A stretch of DNA of 64,000 nucleotides, taken from Psilocybe cubensis. Its lineage: Eukaryota. Positions 1 through 11,637 of the stretch are shown one piece after another. Each line of letters starts with the position of its first letter. Positions within the stretch are counted from its first letter, which is position 1. Location: the NCBI GenBank assembly GCA_017499595.2, contig CM038999.1, positions 1,302,001 through 1,366,000 of the forward strand, read 5' to 3'. The notes under the pieces were generated by a model. It saw only the letters and a program-made list of their open reading frames with translations. It searched no databases and was not told the DNA's origin. Made by a program: the position numbers and the translations under genes.

Positions 1-620
1 TGGCCGCATCGCACCACCAGCCTTTTAAATCGTGAGGGGTATGCTTTGGCATTTTGAAATCGAGGGCAGGAAAACAGCCCCTTGGCGATTCTTTTCTCCT
101 AGCCACGTTTTGGTAGTGTGCTGGGATGAGTGCGCCTAGGACGACATCGAAAACTAACGAACAAGCAACAGTGATGTATGTGGCTAACAGAGATCGCATA
201 GAGGTTTGTTTCTCAAGAGGGTTAAGAATCTAGTAATATATATATCAGGTGGGAAGGGGTTGTTGTGGTTTTGTCTGTGGCAGGACAAGTGGTAGGCAGA
301 CTCTTCTTTTTGGGACGTGACGGTCCGACCTGTGTCGTTCTGTCTGTCCAAAATACACAGAGTTAGGCCCTAAATATACGGTTTCAAGACCGAGAAGTCG
401 CGAACCGTCATAGTTGTAAATTGGTCCACCAGCCCCCAAGATTGCATATTAGACGAAACTAACTCATGACTATTACTTATTGAAATGAAAGGAGAGGAAA
501 CCATCTGTTTGACGTCAGAACAGAAACGTTTATAAGGAATGTACTGAAAACTTACCATATATACTTTATCACATAAGAATAGTACATTAGTTACTCATGC
601 AAAGATTACAGTACCAGCCT

Positions 621-3600
621 TCAAATGTCAAGGATTAGCCCAAGTGGCAGCATGGTGTGGCCTTTCAGTGCCACCTCTTCCCATGAATGCGTAGAAAGCT
701 AAAACCATCGTTTGACATTAGTGCTACGCATATCAGACAGGTAAAACTGTAACGCACATGGTAGGCCGCCTTGGATGAATGTATCACGTTCATGTGATCA
801 GGTATTTCGCCATCGTTCTGAACGCAAACAAGTTGTTTAGCCAATCTGCCTGGTAGAAGGCAAGACAAAAATACACACCATCCAGGCTTCGTCCAAGTCA
901 CGAATGCCCAACCGCAGGTCAAGAGGTATCTGTGACGGTAAAACGAGCACGTGGACCGTAGGAACATATGGTCTGGAAGATGCTGCTTCCATTGACAACT
1001 TCTTCAAGTTCGACACATAGTCAGAATATGACAGAATCGGACAGACAAAGCATTTTTACCATCACAAGGTCCAAAGCGAATTTTATGGACCTTCTATCAC
1101 TTCGAGCTTCTTTGCCAACCACAAGGTAAAACTCCCATATACAGTTGACAATGTAGATCGATTTCTGAAGTTCCTGTTCCATCGAAATGAACGGTACAGC
1201 AATCAACTATCAGGAAAGGTCAGCTCGCGGAGTTGAGAGCAGTAAAGAAGTGTTTACTGGGCAGCCCTTTCCATTAGTGTCAAGTCTCCACACAGAGGGG
1301 TCAATGATAGCGGAGGTGGTTCGCCACTGCCAGTAATCAGCTTTGGCGAAGTCATTGTCCCCGAGGATCATCCAGAACATTTCATCATTATCATCTTCTC
1401 CTTCCAGTAGCACAATCGGGAGCACAAGGTCCTTTGAAAACGTTTCGACGTATTTCAGCGCCGCATCTCGTTCCGGTTGAGTCGAACCACGTCCGTGCCA
1501 TACATAGATAGAGCCCAGAAGAGTAAAGCAATAGCTGAAGGCAGAGCAAAGATTGTGGACGTTCTGAAGAAGATCAAATATTGAATCTGGATGGCAGGAC
1601 AGTAAAGAAAGAACAAATTGATGAAACTTACCAAATCATGCTCATCAATCACTATATTCCCTCCGCAAGATCTCACGAGGTGCATAGTTGTATTGTCAGA
1701 GGTCCAATGAGTCCGGGTACCCTAAGAATACGAAATTAGAGAAAAGCAAGATAACTTGCAACAACACGAACCTGGCGAACGGCTAGTTGTCCTCCCAAGA
1801 TTTCTATGAACTCAGGAGGTTCAGCCAATTGTTGAATAATTTTCTGAAGCAAACGTTAGTAAGGTGTTTTGCAAGAAAATTAGTTGAGATACCGCAGTCG
1901 TTCCGTATCGTGTTGCCAATTCTTGGAGCTTTTTTTCTTCCCTATCCCCGAGGATACTTTTCCTCCCTAACCAACACCAAACAGATGTCGATGCCAGGCC
2001 ACTCGACTTCGACTTAGTGCGATGAATAATGACAAGTATCTCAGTTTCATAAAAAATGTCCAACGATCTTGTCAGTGCAGTCGCCGTCGCTCCCGTTAGG
2101 GCCAGAATTTCCAGGGATACTTTTTGTTCATCTGGCTTCAAGGCAGGGGTTCGAGTTGCAGGTTTTGTAAACTTGGCAAAATCAATGCGAGGCAATGGTA
2201 TTTCATCATGTTCTGGCCCATGCATGAAGACGTCAGAAAGGTCGATGATATCTAAAACGTTGTACTTACCGTAGGGGGTGAGAAGTGTTGGTGATTTAGG
2301 TGTTGGTGATGTTGACCGCATATCCAGAGGACTCACATCGGGCACAGTAACACATTTGACATCTTCGCGGTCGATTTTCACCTCGGGGACGGCGACAAAT
2401 TCAACGTCTGGCTCATGATCAATTTTCACTTGGGCACGGGTGAGAGTTCCAGCGGGAGATGGGGCAGGAGTAGCCTCTTCTTTCAACGAAGGCAAGACAA
2501 TGGCAGAATATTTCTCATAGCTAGATTTACGTTTCTCTGCTTGAATTTGTGATAGATTTCGAGGCTTTGGAACTTCCGTCACCATCTGTTCCAGTTCCAA
2601 AATGGGCTTAGAGAGGCTCGAATCAAATTCAACATTGCTGGGCATCGGGTTCAGGGTAGGGTGGTCAAGAAGAGCCTGAGCTACTTCCATAACGGTTGCA
2701 CGACTGCCGGTACTTGGAATTCGGGTATGTTTTGCAGGAGATGAGGGAGAAGATGGAACAAAAGATTTTGAGGGAATAGAAAATTCCGGCGCTTTGGGAG
2801 AGCTAAGCTCCAATACTAATTGCCTTTCTGCGGGTCCATTGTCAACGTGATGGTTTTTTTCAACGTTCGAAATTGGTGTTATGAATAGGTCGTAGTTTCG
2901 TGATTGCTCGTTATGCAGGCTGACACCTTTGTTTGAATGAGATGAACGGTCCCGTTGTTCCTGTAAGAGACTACTATTGTCATGATATGGCCGAGTCTGC
3001 TTCTGTTCAGTTATTTCATGGTCATCGTGCCCTTTTGTCTCTTGTATAAAATTGCTGACGGCAGGCTCATCAGTAGGCTCATTACGAGGCTCTCCGTACT
3101 TCCGAGGTTTCCTAGCTCTACCTTTTGTCGGCTGTCACACAACGATGCAAAAGTTAAGAATAACAGATAGATAATAGGTGCAAAAGATAGATTTTGAATG
3201 AAATTACAAAAGATAAGACAAGACATGGATGTGAGTATATGCCGACGTAGGTATCACCAGGATTAACGCACATGGATCAAAGGCTTCTTCGACGAAGTTA
3301 AGGCCTCAGCAGATGCATTTTGATCGCTATCGGGCACAGGATTTCGCCAAGAATTGCGCTTTACTCCCAGTTCATCTACATGCGGTAACTGTGTTAAGTC
3401 GCTTGAAGATTTAGTAGGTTTAATGAGAACCATGGTAGTCGCGGAGCCCAGCCCAGGCGTGCGAGATCGGGGGTATAAGTCAGATGCCTCAGCAGGCTCC
3501 TGAGCCAAAGGAACAGAGGTCGTAGTGTTCGCCTTTGGCAAAAACGGTAAAGAAGCCACTGGCTTGATCGTATGGGCTATAGGAGGCTTTGTGGCTTGTG

Positions 3601-6100
3601 GTGTATCATGAATATTTTCATTGGATTCGTAAGTTGTTGATTTCCTGTTTGAGCTTGGATATGGAGGAAAAGATGGTTTGGTAGGAGAACTTGACTGAAT
3701 GTTCGGTTGCCAGCGATCAAGTACAGAACCTTTTCGTCCACTCGCACTCAGTGGCCGCACTTTTTCGGCAGACGGGGAAGGTGTCGGCAAGGCTTCTTGT
3801 TGAGAATTGGCTTTGACCATATTTTGGACAAACCCGCGACCTTGCAGCCTACTGATACTTGGAGTCAGATCCTTTTGAACGGGGGGCTTTTGAAACGCTG
3901 GAGAGGCATTCAATGTAGTGGAGATAAAAGGTGACAAAGGAGAGGACTTGGGTATAGGTTCAATATGCCGCGATAAAGATGCAGAAGACGCAGAAGACGA
4001 ATAAGACGGAGATGCAGGAATAGAAGATTTGCGGTTATTGATGTAAGATGGGCCAGATATCGTACGGTCTCTGGCAGGAGTAGAGAGAACCTCCTTAGTA
4101 GGGGATTGTCTACTAGTCATTTTGTTAGAGGATGACCACTCGCTCGAAGACGAGAACGTGTTTGGTACCTGAGCACTAGGCGCACTTGTGGTCCTTTCTC
4201 GGTTCCCTGTCTTCTGAGGAGAGATTGGTCGCTCTTCTGCCTTGCCAGCTCCTGACGACGAGACCGGAGGCCATGTAGGCCTCGTAGTTGAAGGACGATA
4301 GCGCTCAGAGCTTTCGCTGCCTGGAGTGTCTGATGATTTGGGAATGTTACGGTTGGTCATTCCAGGCATAGCAATACCTCCTTTCCCAAAGATTGGATGG
4401 GGTGCGCTGGTGTCATACTGTACAAATTGAGTTGGATCGTGAGCATCTTGTTGAGGGGCATGTTTATTGAGACGAATTCCAGCACCATTTCCACCCATAA
4501 AAGCTGCAAGAGATACTGCTTGAGCGCGTTCTGCGACAGATTTCCGCGGCGTGTCTAGTGCAACTAATTTATCTGGGTTGTATACATTGTTGGTTTCCAT
4601 TAAGCGGCGTAACGGAGTGTCTCCAGAGGGTGATACAACTTTTCCTCCGCTAGAGAGACCAAGTTTAGAGGCATTTTGTCCTAAATAGGATGGCAAAGGT
4701 TTGGAGGGTGTTGAAGTGTTGCTTCGCAAAGTGTCAACAGATTTTGACGGAGAGACATTTCGAACGAAAGTAGTTTCCTTCTTCGGTATATACGACGAGG
4801 AAGTCGAGGAGGATGAAATAGGTTTGGGGGGAGATCCAATATCATTCTGCTTTCCAATGAGGTTATACGGGTCAGAAGATTTAATTGGTAAGGCAGATGC
4901 TCCACGAGGTTCAGAATCTTCTTTCATGGGAGTAGACCAAGTGGACGGAGCAGAAACTTTTGACTCAAAGGAAATATTGCTGGCGGGCAACCAAGGATCA
5001 GTAGATTTGGTAGGTGACGCTGCCCTGGTTCGCGCCGTACTCGACACAAATGATGACGCCGCCGGCTTTGAAGGAGAACTCAACGAGCTTTGGCTGGACC
5101 CGAAAGTATCTGCTGGCCTTGCAGACTTTGAAATTGCATCTTGTGCAATGGGTTCTTCGGTTCTAGTGAGATAAGATGCCGATTTTGCAGAAGATAATGG
5201 CCTTGGACTAGCACCCAAGGTATAGTGATTTCGTGGTATTTCGTTTGATTTCCCTTGAAACAATTCATCTTTTCCAACCTGTTTCTGCGCTGACAGTGAG
5301 GCTGCGAATTTAGGACCAGTAGTAAGTGAGCGTTGAGGGACATCGGCAAATTCTTTCTTGGTCCCACTCTCTGCTTTATCCAACTGTACGCCAGTAAGAG
5401 AAGACGTAGACCTCTTGGAAGAGAGGGTCGAGGGACGATAACGTTCTGAGTTTTCGGAGCCAACATCGGAAGCTGATATTTTTATGCCCTTAGAAATCAT
5501 ACCCGGCATGGCAATTCCACCACGCCCAAAAACTGGGTGGGGAGCACTCAAATCAGGCTGAATAAATTGAGTGGGATCGTGGGCGTCTTGCTGAGGTGCA
5601 TGACGGTTGAGTTTGGGTCCAGTTGCCGTCCCACCAATGAAAGCTGCCAATGATACTGGTTCCGACTTTCCCGTAATTGAACGGTTGGAAGCTGGAAGTT
5701 TGTCCGGATTGTAAACTTCGTTTCGACCCATGAGTTTACGCAGAGCTGTTTCTTGATTATTTACTCTCTCTGCCGTAGATCTCAGCGGATCATTTACTGA
5801 GGTATCGTTATCCGTGGCTGTAGAAACATGAGCCCTACAAATGATAGGGGTGAAAAAAAGAAATGACATACGTATATCGGGGGTGTTGACGCGACTCGAA
5901 GCACTGTTGCCACGACTCCTTCTGAGGCGTGCTTGTCTCGCGGCAGCGATCTCTTCCTCTAGTCTCCTTTGTTCAGCTTCTTCGTCTGCATCGACTTCCT
6001 TCTGGAGAGCCTTTATCTTGTTCGTCCATTCTGCCAGACCAGTCTCCGGTTTTGGTAAATCATAAGATTTTCTTGATGAAGTAGATAGAGACGAATCCAT
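621..6100 (-). CDS. Large multi-exon protein: N-terminal coiled coil, long Ser/Pro-rich region with an internal duplicated module, C-terminal gelsolin/villin-like domains
   Basis: ORFs 3263-6100, 1821-2813, 1210-1425 and 1021-1206 join through GT-AG introns. Gelsolin-like motifs: VWCWLGRKS, AEPPEFIEILGG, YVWHGRGS...ER, EGEDDNDEMFW. The last exons (stop at 621-623) were inferred by eye. Confidence 0.75.
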
Positions 6101-6417
6101 GGTATCGATCCGGATAGTATCGGTCTAGGTATCACCAACGTAAGCGTGAACTGGAAGGCATGAACACTATTGACGTGCCATACTCCCTCGAGGACCACAT
6201 GCAGCCAAATATGGCAACACGTGATACCACGATGTTCCAACTTCCAGGCACAGCCACATGTAGTACAACTTCTGCCACAACTTTGAACTGGCATTGAAGA
6301 ACCAATGAAGAACCAACACAATTTCCAACGCGAAACAGACGAAACCCTAATTCAAAATTTTACTTCCATTATATTGTATTTAGTTGAAGTTAAGTAGTAT
6401 GACCGTAGTGCAGTAGA

Positions 6418-7930
6418 TTAGGTTCGGAAACATCTGACACAGTGATCTTTCAAAAGCATTATATAAATCGTTACAATAATTATTGCCATTGAATAAGATG
6501 AGTCCAATTTAATTGCCGTCTTCGTTAATGGTAAAAGATCGTGCACATTGAGATAGAACGTTTGGAGCATCTTCACAGGTGTTTTCGCTTTTGTCCAATT
6601 ACTTGACCTTGAGAACTTAATATGCCGGTGGACAATTGCTGTATTACGAGGGATTGCAGGTCCTGTATCGCTTGAGAATAACGGTCGGGTCTCCGTTGTT
6701 GTAGCTGTGCGATTATAGCTCCCCGTCACTGAAGAACCAAACTGTTGTACCCCATCCAGGGCAAGTTTTATTTCAGGGTAACGGTCACCCATGATCTGGG
6801 ATAGAACAGGGTTGGGACAAATGGATGCCAAAAATGTTTTGGCGTCGTGTAGCCTGGTGGCCCATGACACAGCTTCGACTACAGCAGGATGTTTAGTAAC
6901 ATACAGACTGTATGGACTGCCCATCTTGATAGTCTGATAGGTACATAGATCGTGGGCAGTGGAGAGCTGGCGCTCTAAATGCGTACGCTGTCCTTGCGCG
7001 ACGCGGAAGGTTGCATAATTTGACTTGGGTCGAGCAAAAATATGTCCAGTTCTAGACAGTCAGAACAACCGCAGCCAATTTTCCTGAGGTATACAGTGGC
7101 TGCTACCTGAAGGTTTGCCCCAAGGACGTCACGCAGATACAACCCAATGAGTAGCTGGACAAAATCGGAAAATGGTGAGTCGCATAATTTTTTACCTTTC
7201 TTCGTTGAAAGATTTTGAAGACGTGGTATCAGAGGGCAATATAGAAACCGAAACTTGATGGCAGTTGTGCTCTGGCTTCTGAATGTGTCAAGAAAGTGAG
7301 ATTTACATGCATCCATGTCCGATATCAAGAAGGAATTTTCGATAATCTCAAAGATGCGGCCCACCGCTCTGTCATAGGACACCAGAGCCATACTGTGACT
7401 GCGTACGGGAACATTAGAACTTGACTGTGTGTTTGCAAAAGCCTCCCAGTTTGTTCGCCGTTGTACAAAGCCTTAACAAGGGCAATCCAGAATGAATAAT
7501 TGTCCTTCAGACACAGTAAATTTGGGATAGCCCTATCCACACCACTGATATTTAGAAGGTTTATGGGCGGAAAGAGGAAGCATCTCACTGTTTTGCAACC
7601 ACATCCAAACCTACCAAAGAATGGCATGAATAATAGATGGAACATCTTGCTCATTTGCAGAAGTATATGACGACAAGATCTCCCTGAAATTTTTGTTGAC
7701 CCATACATCTACTGTGCCTTTTTGAGATGGATAAGCTTTGGAAGACACTGCATATACGAAGTTGAGACGCGAAATGAGCGAATCGGAACTATTCAGCAGT
7801 GTTTCATATCTGCAGAGTTCTTGTTAGTTTGAAGATATTTCAAAGACCTGATTGAAGGCAAATTACGTTTTTTGCACGCTTTCAAACGAAAAAATAGCGC
7901 ATGCCTGCACTGAAAGTTGACCTTGGGCAA
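6418..7930 (-). pseudogene. 5'-truncated, frameshifted tandem paralog of the C-terminal part of the 2OG-Fe(II) oxygenase-family gene at 8470-13853
   Basis: Homologous segments: FSFESVQKT|YETLLNSS vs FSFENVRAI|YETLISQS (same intron), KDNYSFWIAL vs KDNYAFCIAL, LRKIGCGCSDC vs LRKLGCGCLEC, IMGDRYPEI vs IMGGQYPEV. They lie in different frames, with shifts near 7612, 7400 and 7000. Confidence 0.8.
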
Positions 7931-10326
7931 CCCTTGAGTCAACCGTGGCGCAACCGTGTCGGGAACGGTGAAATTTTTACCGCGCCGCATTTTGCCCCCA
8001 GCGCAAGTTCGTAACAGTTTGCATATTGGATGCTTATCAGATCCAAGAGCCTGAGGGGTCGTCACCGGAAGGGTCAACATCAAGTTTCCATTTTTTTGAC
8101 GCGTAGTGTCACATAACGTGTAAGTCACACGGGACCAGTCACATTTGGGCACCATGCGCACAGTAGTTGGGTGGATTGAGAGTAGTAGTTCCAATAACTG
8201 AAGCGAGATCACAGTTCGGGTCAGAAACCCCATGGATAGAAGATATTGCACACAAACTGTATGGTTTTTCAAGAAAACGAATAGTATTATTTATATTGTG
8301 TAGATAGATTTGAAATCACTGCGACATGCTATGGATAGGTACTATTAGTATTAGCACTAGTGTTAACAGTCAATTAACAGTAAAAGTGTGAACCAAGGTA
8401 GTAGAGAAGCTCGGGCTAATATCGCAAAATTAGATTTCCAATACAAACGATTCACCTTTGAGCGAAACGCTACGGTAATTTTCTTTTCTGTCCAGCAACA
8501 GGTTGTGTCAAAGGAACCGAGATAGATGATTTTCCAGAAACGTTTTGGTTCGAAGACAGCTGAACTCCGGCAGCTGCTGGGACCTTTGACGCACCATGCT
8601 GAATTCTGTTATTTGCACTAGATGTCGCAGCTAAGCAAAACAATTTGACACCTTTAAGGGCGAGGTCGACTTCAGGATATTGGCCACCCATAATCTTGGA
8701 GATAATATGGTCAGGACCAATGGATGCTAAGAATTCCCTTGCTTTCTTTTGTTTGTGGGCCCATTTTGAAGGTTCGATCACTGAGGGAAGTTTAGTGACT
8801 CGTAGGGTATGTGGGACTCTCGTTTTGATGGTTTGAAGTGTACACAGATCGCTGGCGTGTGCAAGTTGATGTTTGAGGTGAGTGCGACGTGGTTGAGCGA
8901 GTTGAAATTCGATGCTTTGCAGTGGCTCAGAGAAGAAATCATCCAATTTCTTACACTCTAAACAACCACAGCCCAGCTTCCTTAGGTTAACATTTGGGAA
9001 GTTGCTTTTTTGTCTAAGTATTTTGGCTAAGTATATAGCGATAAGGAGACGCATGAAGCGAGAGAAGGGTGGCCAACTCAAATCTTGTCCTTTCTTTTCT
9101 AGAAGTGTCCGAAGCCGAGGTAGCAAAGGTAAGTAAAGATCGTCAAATTTGCTGGCCATAGAGTGTTCGCCTTTAAAGGTTTGTTCAAAGAGAGGTGTAC
9201 ATACATCCAGGCCAGAGACCTGAATCGCAGTTTCGACGATATCGAGAATTCGGTCGACGTGGCTGAGCAGACGCGGATTGGGCATATAAATTGAGAAATA
9301 GTGACCAGGGTAATTGACAGTTGGGCCAGTGTTCCATTGTTCTGCAGCTGCCTGCAGACATTCATTGATAAGACGCTGAACTATCGCAGAAGCAGATTGG
9401 GCCCGAATCGGCGTTATTTGAGGAAGCGCGCTGTGTTTCCCGAGCAACAAGAGCTTGCCGTTGTAAGTGTAAAACCCGGGCAAGGGCAATACAAAAGGCA
9501 TAGTTATCTTTCCTATTTACTATGTTTGGCATCATTCTTAACAAGAATTCAATACTCAGTAATAGATCGGATAGAGATTGGCTCATAACTCACAATTCTT
9601 TGAATAAACTCACACCAACCGTGTGTATAACGCTGACAAAAGTTGGTGCCTCTTCAACCTTTAGAGATATATAGGATGACAAGACTTGGTTTGACTGGTT
9701 TGCGGACCATGTATGCACGGTATGTTGATCCTCAAGAATTGCTTTTGGAGGTACCAAGTAGATGAAATTTATCCAATCTTCCAATGAGGTTGACTGGGAA
9801 ATCAGGGTTTCGTAACTGCAGACAGGGATATCAATGAGATAATAGAAAATGGATAGGTCGTTTGTAACATACATTGCTCGTACATTCTCAAATGAAAAGG
9901 TAGCGCATGCATCGGCAAGCAAGGTCCCATTGGCAAGTGTGCATGACGGGGATTGTGCCATAGATTTCCAAATTTCCAGATCTCTCCATTTGATGGCGTA
10001 TTCAAACACCTTTGTCACTTGTTCCTTGGTGAGAGTTTCACCGCCACTTCAAATAATAAGCATGATCCACAGTCGACCGTCTGTTGTCGGTGAGACAGCA
10101 GACAACTCGTTCAACTTCTGGAACGCATACGGAATACATTCCGCAGATGTATAGGAAGAAAGAATCTTAGTGCAGGCCTGTTTACACCATGCATTGACGG
10201 CTTTTTTCTGGGGTGCGGTTTTTGCCTTGAGAGGTAAAGAGGAGATGAAGGCCATCTGTTGAGATAGCATCGTGGAACTGGCCAAGACTGCCTGGTATCT
10301 GTGAAAACTAAATGATTGGAATGTCT

Positions 10327-10331
10327 GCAGG
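10327..10331 (+). repeat. Target-site duplication GCAGG (left copy; right copy at 11915-11919)
   Basis: GCAGG lies immediately before the TGT of the 5' LTR and immediately after the ACA of the 3' LTR. Confidence 0.95.
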
Positions 10332-10608
10332 TGTCAGGGTACGTATTGGTGCCACCCCTATCCGTTATCGTTATCTGTTACGGTCCCACGCTGTCATGCC
10401 TTGTTCTATCTTTGTGTTCGGTCCCACGTCTATCGTTCTCCTGTTTCATCTATTGATAGTTGTCATATGTCGAGTACTCTGGTCCGGGAAGTAGTTACTC
10501 CGGTCTCCATGTATATATAGGGTCCTGGGGTCAGTAGTCAGATCCCAGCTTCGATATCAACTTGGTCTTTGGGCATTCTTCTCTCTTGACTTAAGTCGAT
10601 TCCTAACA
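10332..10608 (+). repeat. 5' LTR (277 bp)
   Basis: TGTCAGG...CCTAACA imperfect terminal inverted repeat; 275/277 identical to 11638-11914. Confidence 0.97.
10512..10519 (+). promoter_or_regulatory. LTR TATA box (TATATATA); predicted transcription start near 10547
   Basis: The TATA begins 35 nt upstream of the 11-mer that is complementary to the PBS. Confidence 0.6.
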
Positions 10609-10610
10609 GC

Positions 10611-10621
10611 ATATCGAAGCT
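10611..10621 (+). promoter_or_regulatory. Primer-binding site, self-priming type (ATATCGAAGCT)
   Basis: Begins 2 nt after the 5' LTR and is the exact reverse complement of AGCTTCGATAT at 10547-10557. It does not start with the TGG expected for priming by a tRNA 3' CCA end. Confidence 0.8.
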
Positions 10622-10699
10622 ACCCAACGTTGCCCTGGTACTCTATCCACTGCAGCGCTCGTCTACTCTACTCTACCTTGCCCCCACCTACTATACTCT

Positions 10700-11596
10700 A
10701 TGGCCGACCCTCCTTCGCCTTACGATGGGTTCATGACAATGTCCCTTGAGGACCGTTTCGCCCTCCTCTTTAGGGCGCAGCAAGTCCGGTTCGACGCCGA
10801 TAAAAAGGTTGACGACCGACTGTCTGCCATCGAGTCTAAACTCGAACGCCTCACGGCCTCTCTACCCAAACCGCCTGCCGCTCCCACTCCCTCTGCTCGC
10901 GCACCTCGCGCTCGACGCACCTCTAGGAAGGAACGCCCGGCTGCACCTACCTCTACCCCTACTACAGGGCCCCCGCACTCCCAATCCATCCGCTCCACTA
11001 CTACCAAAGCCGCCCTCAAGAAGATCGTCGCTACCCTGTCTATTGCGGACGAACAGGCTGGCCACGTCATAGGGCGCGCGGGAACTGGCTTACGCCAAAT
11101 CCACGACATCTCGCATGCAAAGATCTCGGTCTCCCCCGTCGTCACCTCCGGTTTGCGTGCCGTCACTATCAGGGGCACCGCTCGTGAAGTCGGTGATGCT
11201 CTCTCTGCTATCGGCAAGCGGATTGCCCGTCGTCGCATCCGCAACCCTAGGTCCAAGAAGCCTAAACAGCCTCCTGCGCCCACTGCTGCCCCTCCTACCC
11301 TCGTCGTTGAACCTCCTTCTCCTACTCCAACCTCGAGCTCTACCCCAACTACGCGGACACCCCGTTCCGGGACGGCTTCTCCGCACTCGCCCACTCCTAC
11401 GGCTGTTGACACTCGCTCCAGCCCATCCTCGTCGCTCGCCCCTGGTTTGCCTATGGAGGTGGACGCTCTCAGGGCTCCGCAGCAACACTCTGACGGTTAC
11501 TCTCGCCCCGGGCCTGTTCAGCCTAGGGAGGGAATTCAGACCGCGCGTCGTGGCGGTGGACCGCCTCGTGTCTTTGGTGCAAACCGTCCACGGTGA
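10700..11596 (+). CDS. Element-encoded 298-aa protein: N-terminal coiled coil, type I KH RNA-binding domain, basic NLS-like patch, Pro/Ser/Thr-rich tail with PMEVD and RGG-like motifs
   Basis: Intact intronless ATG-TGA ORF filling the internal region. KH signature LSIADEQAGHVIGRAGTGLRQIHDISHAKISV...RAVTIRGTAREVGDALSAI (aa ~110-175) with an intact GxxG loop (GRAG). Confidence 0.85.
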   Translation: MADPPSPYDGFMTMSLEDRFALLFRAQQVRFDADKKVDDRLSAIESKLERLTASLPKPPAAPTPSARAPRARRTSRKERPAAPTSTPTTGPPHSQSIRSTTTKAALKKIVATLSIADEQAGHVIGRAGTGLRQIHDISHAKISVSPVVTSGLRAVTIRGTAREVGDALSAIGKRIARRRIRNPRSKKPKQPPAPTAAPPTLVVEPPSPTPTSSSTPTTRTPRSGTASPHSPTPTAVDTRSSPSSSLAPGLPMEVDALRAPQQHSDGYSRPGPVQPREGIQTARRGGGPPRVFGANRPR

Positions 11597-11624
11597 AGAC
11601 CAGGTCGTTGGGACACCGACCTTT

Positions 11625-11637
11625 AGAGGGGAGGTGA
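11625..11637 (+). promoter_or_regulatory. Polypurine tract (AGAGGGGAGGTGA)
   Basis: Purine-rich tract abutting the 3' LTR; it fixes the element's orientation as +. Confidence 0.85.

Noticed and set aside
7930..8272. 159-aa ORF 7793-8272 as a gene
   Set aside because: No recognisable motifs; its 3' part is an off-frame reading of the pseudogene relic and its intron.
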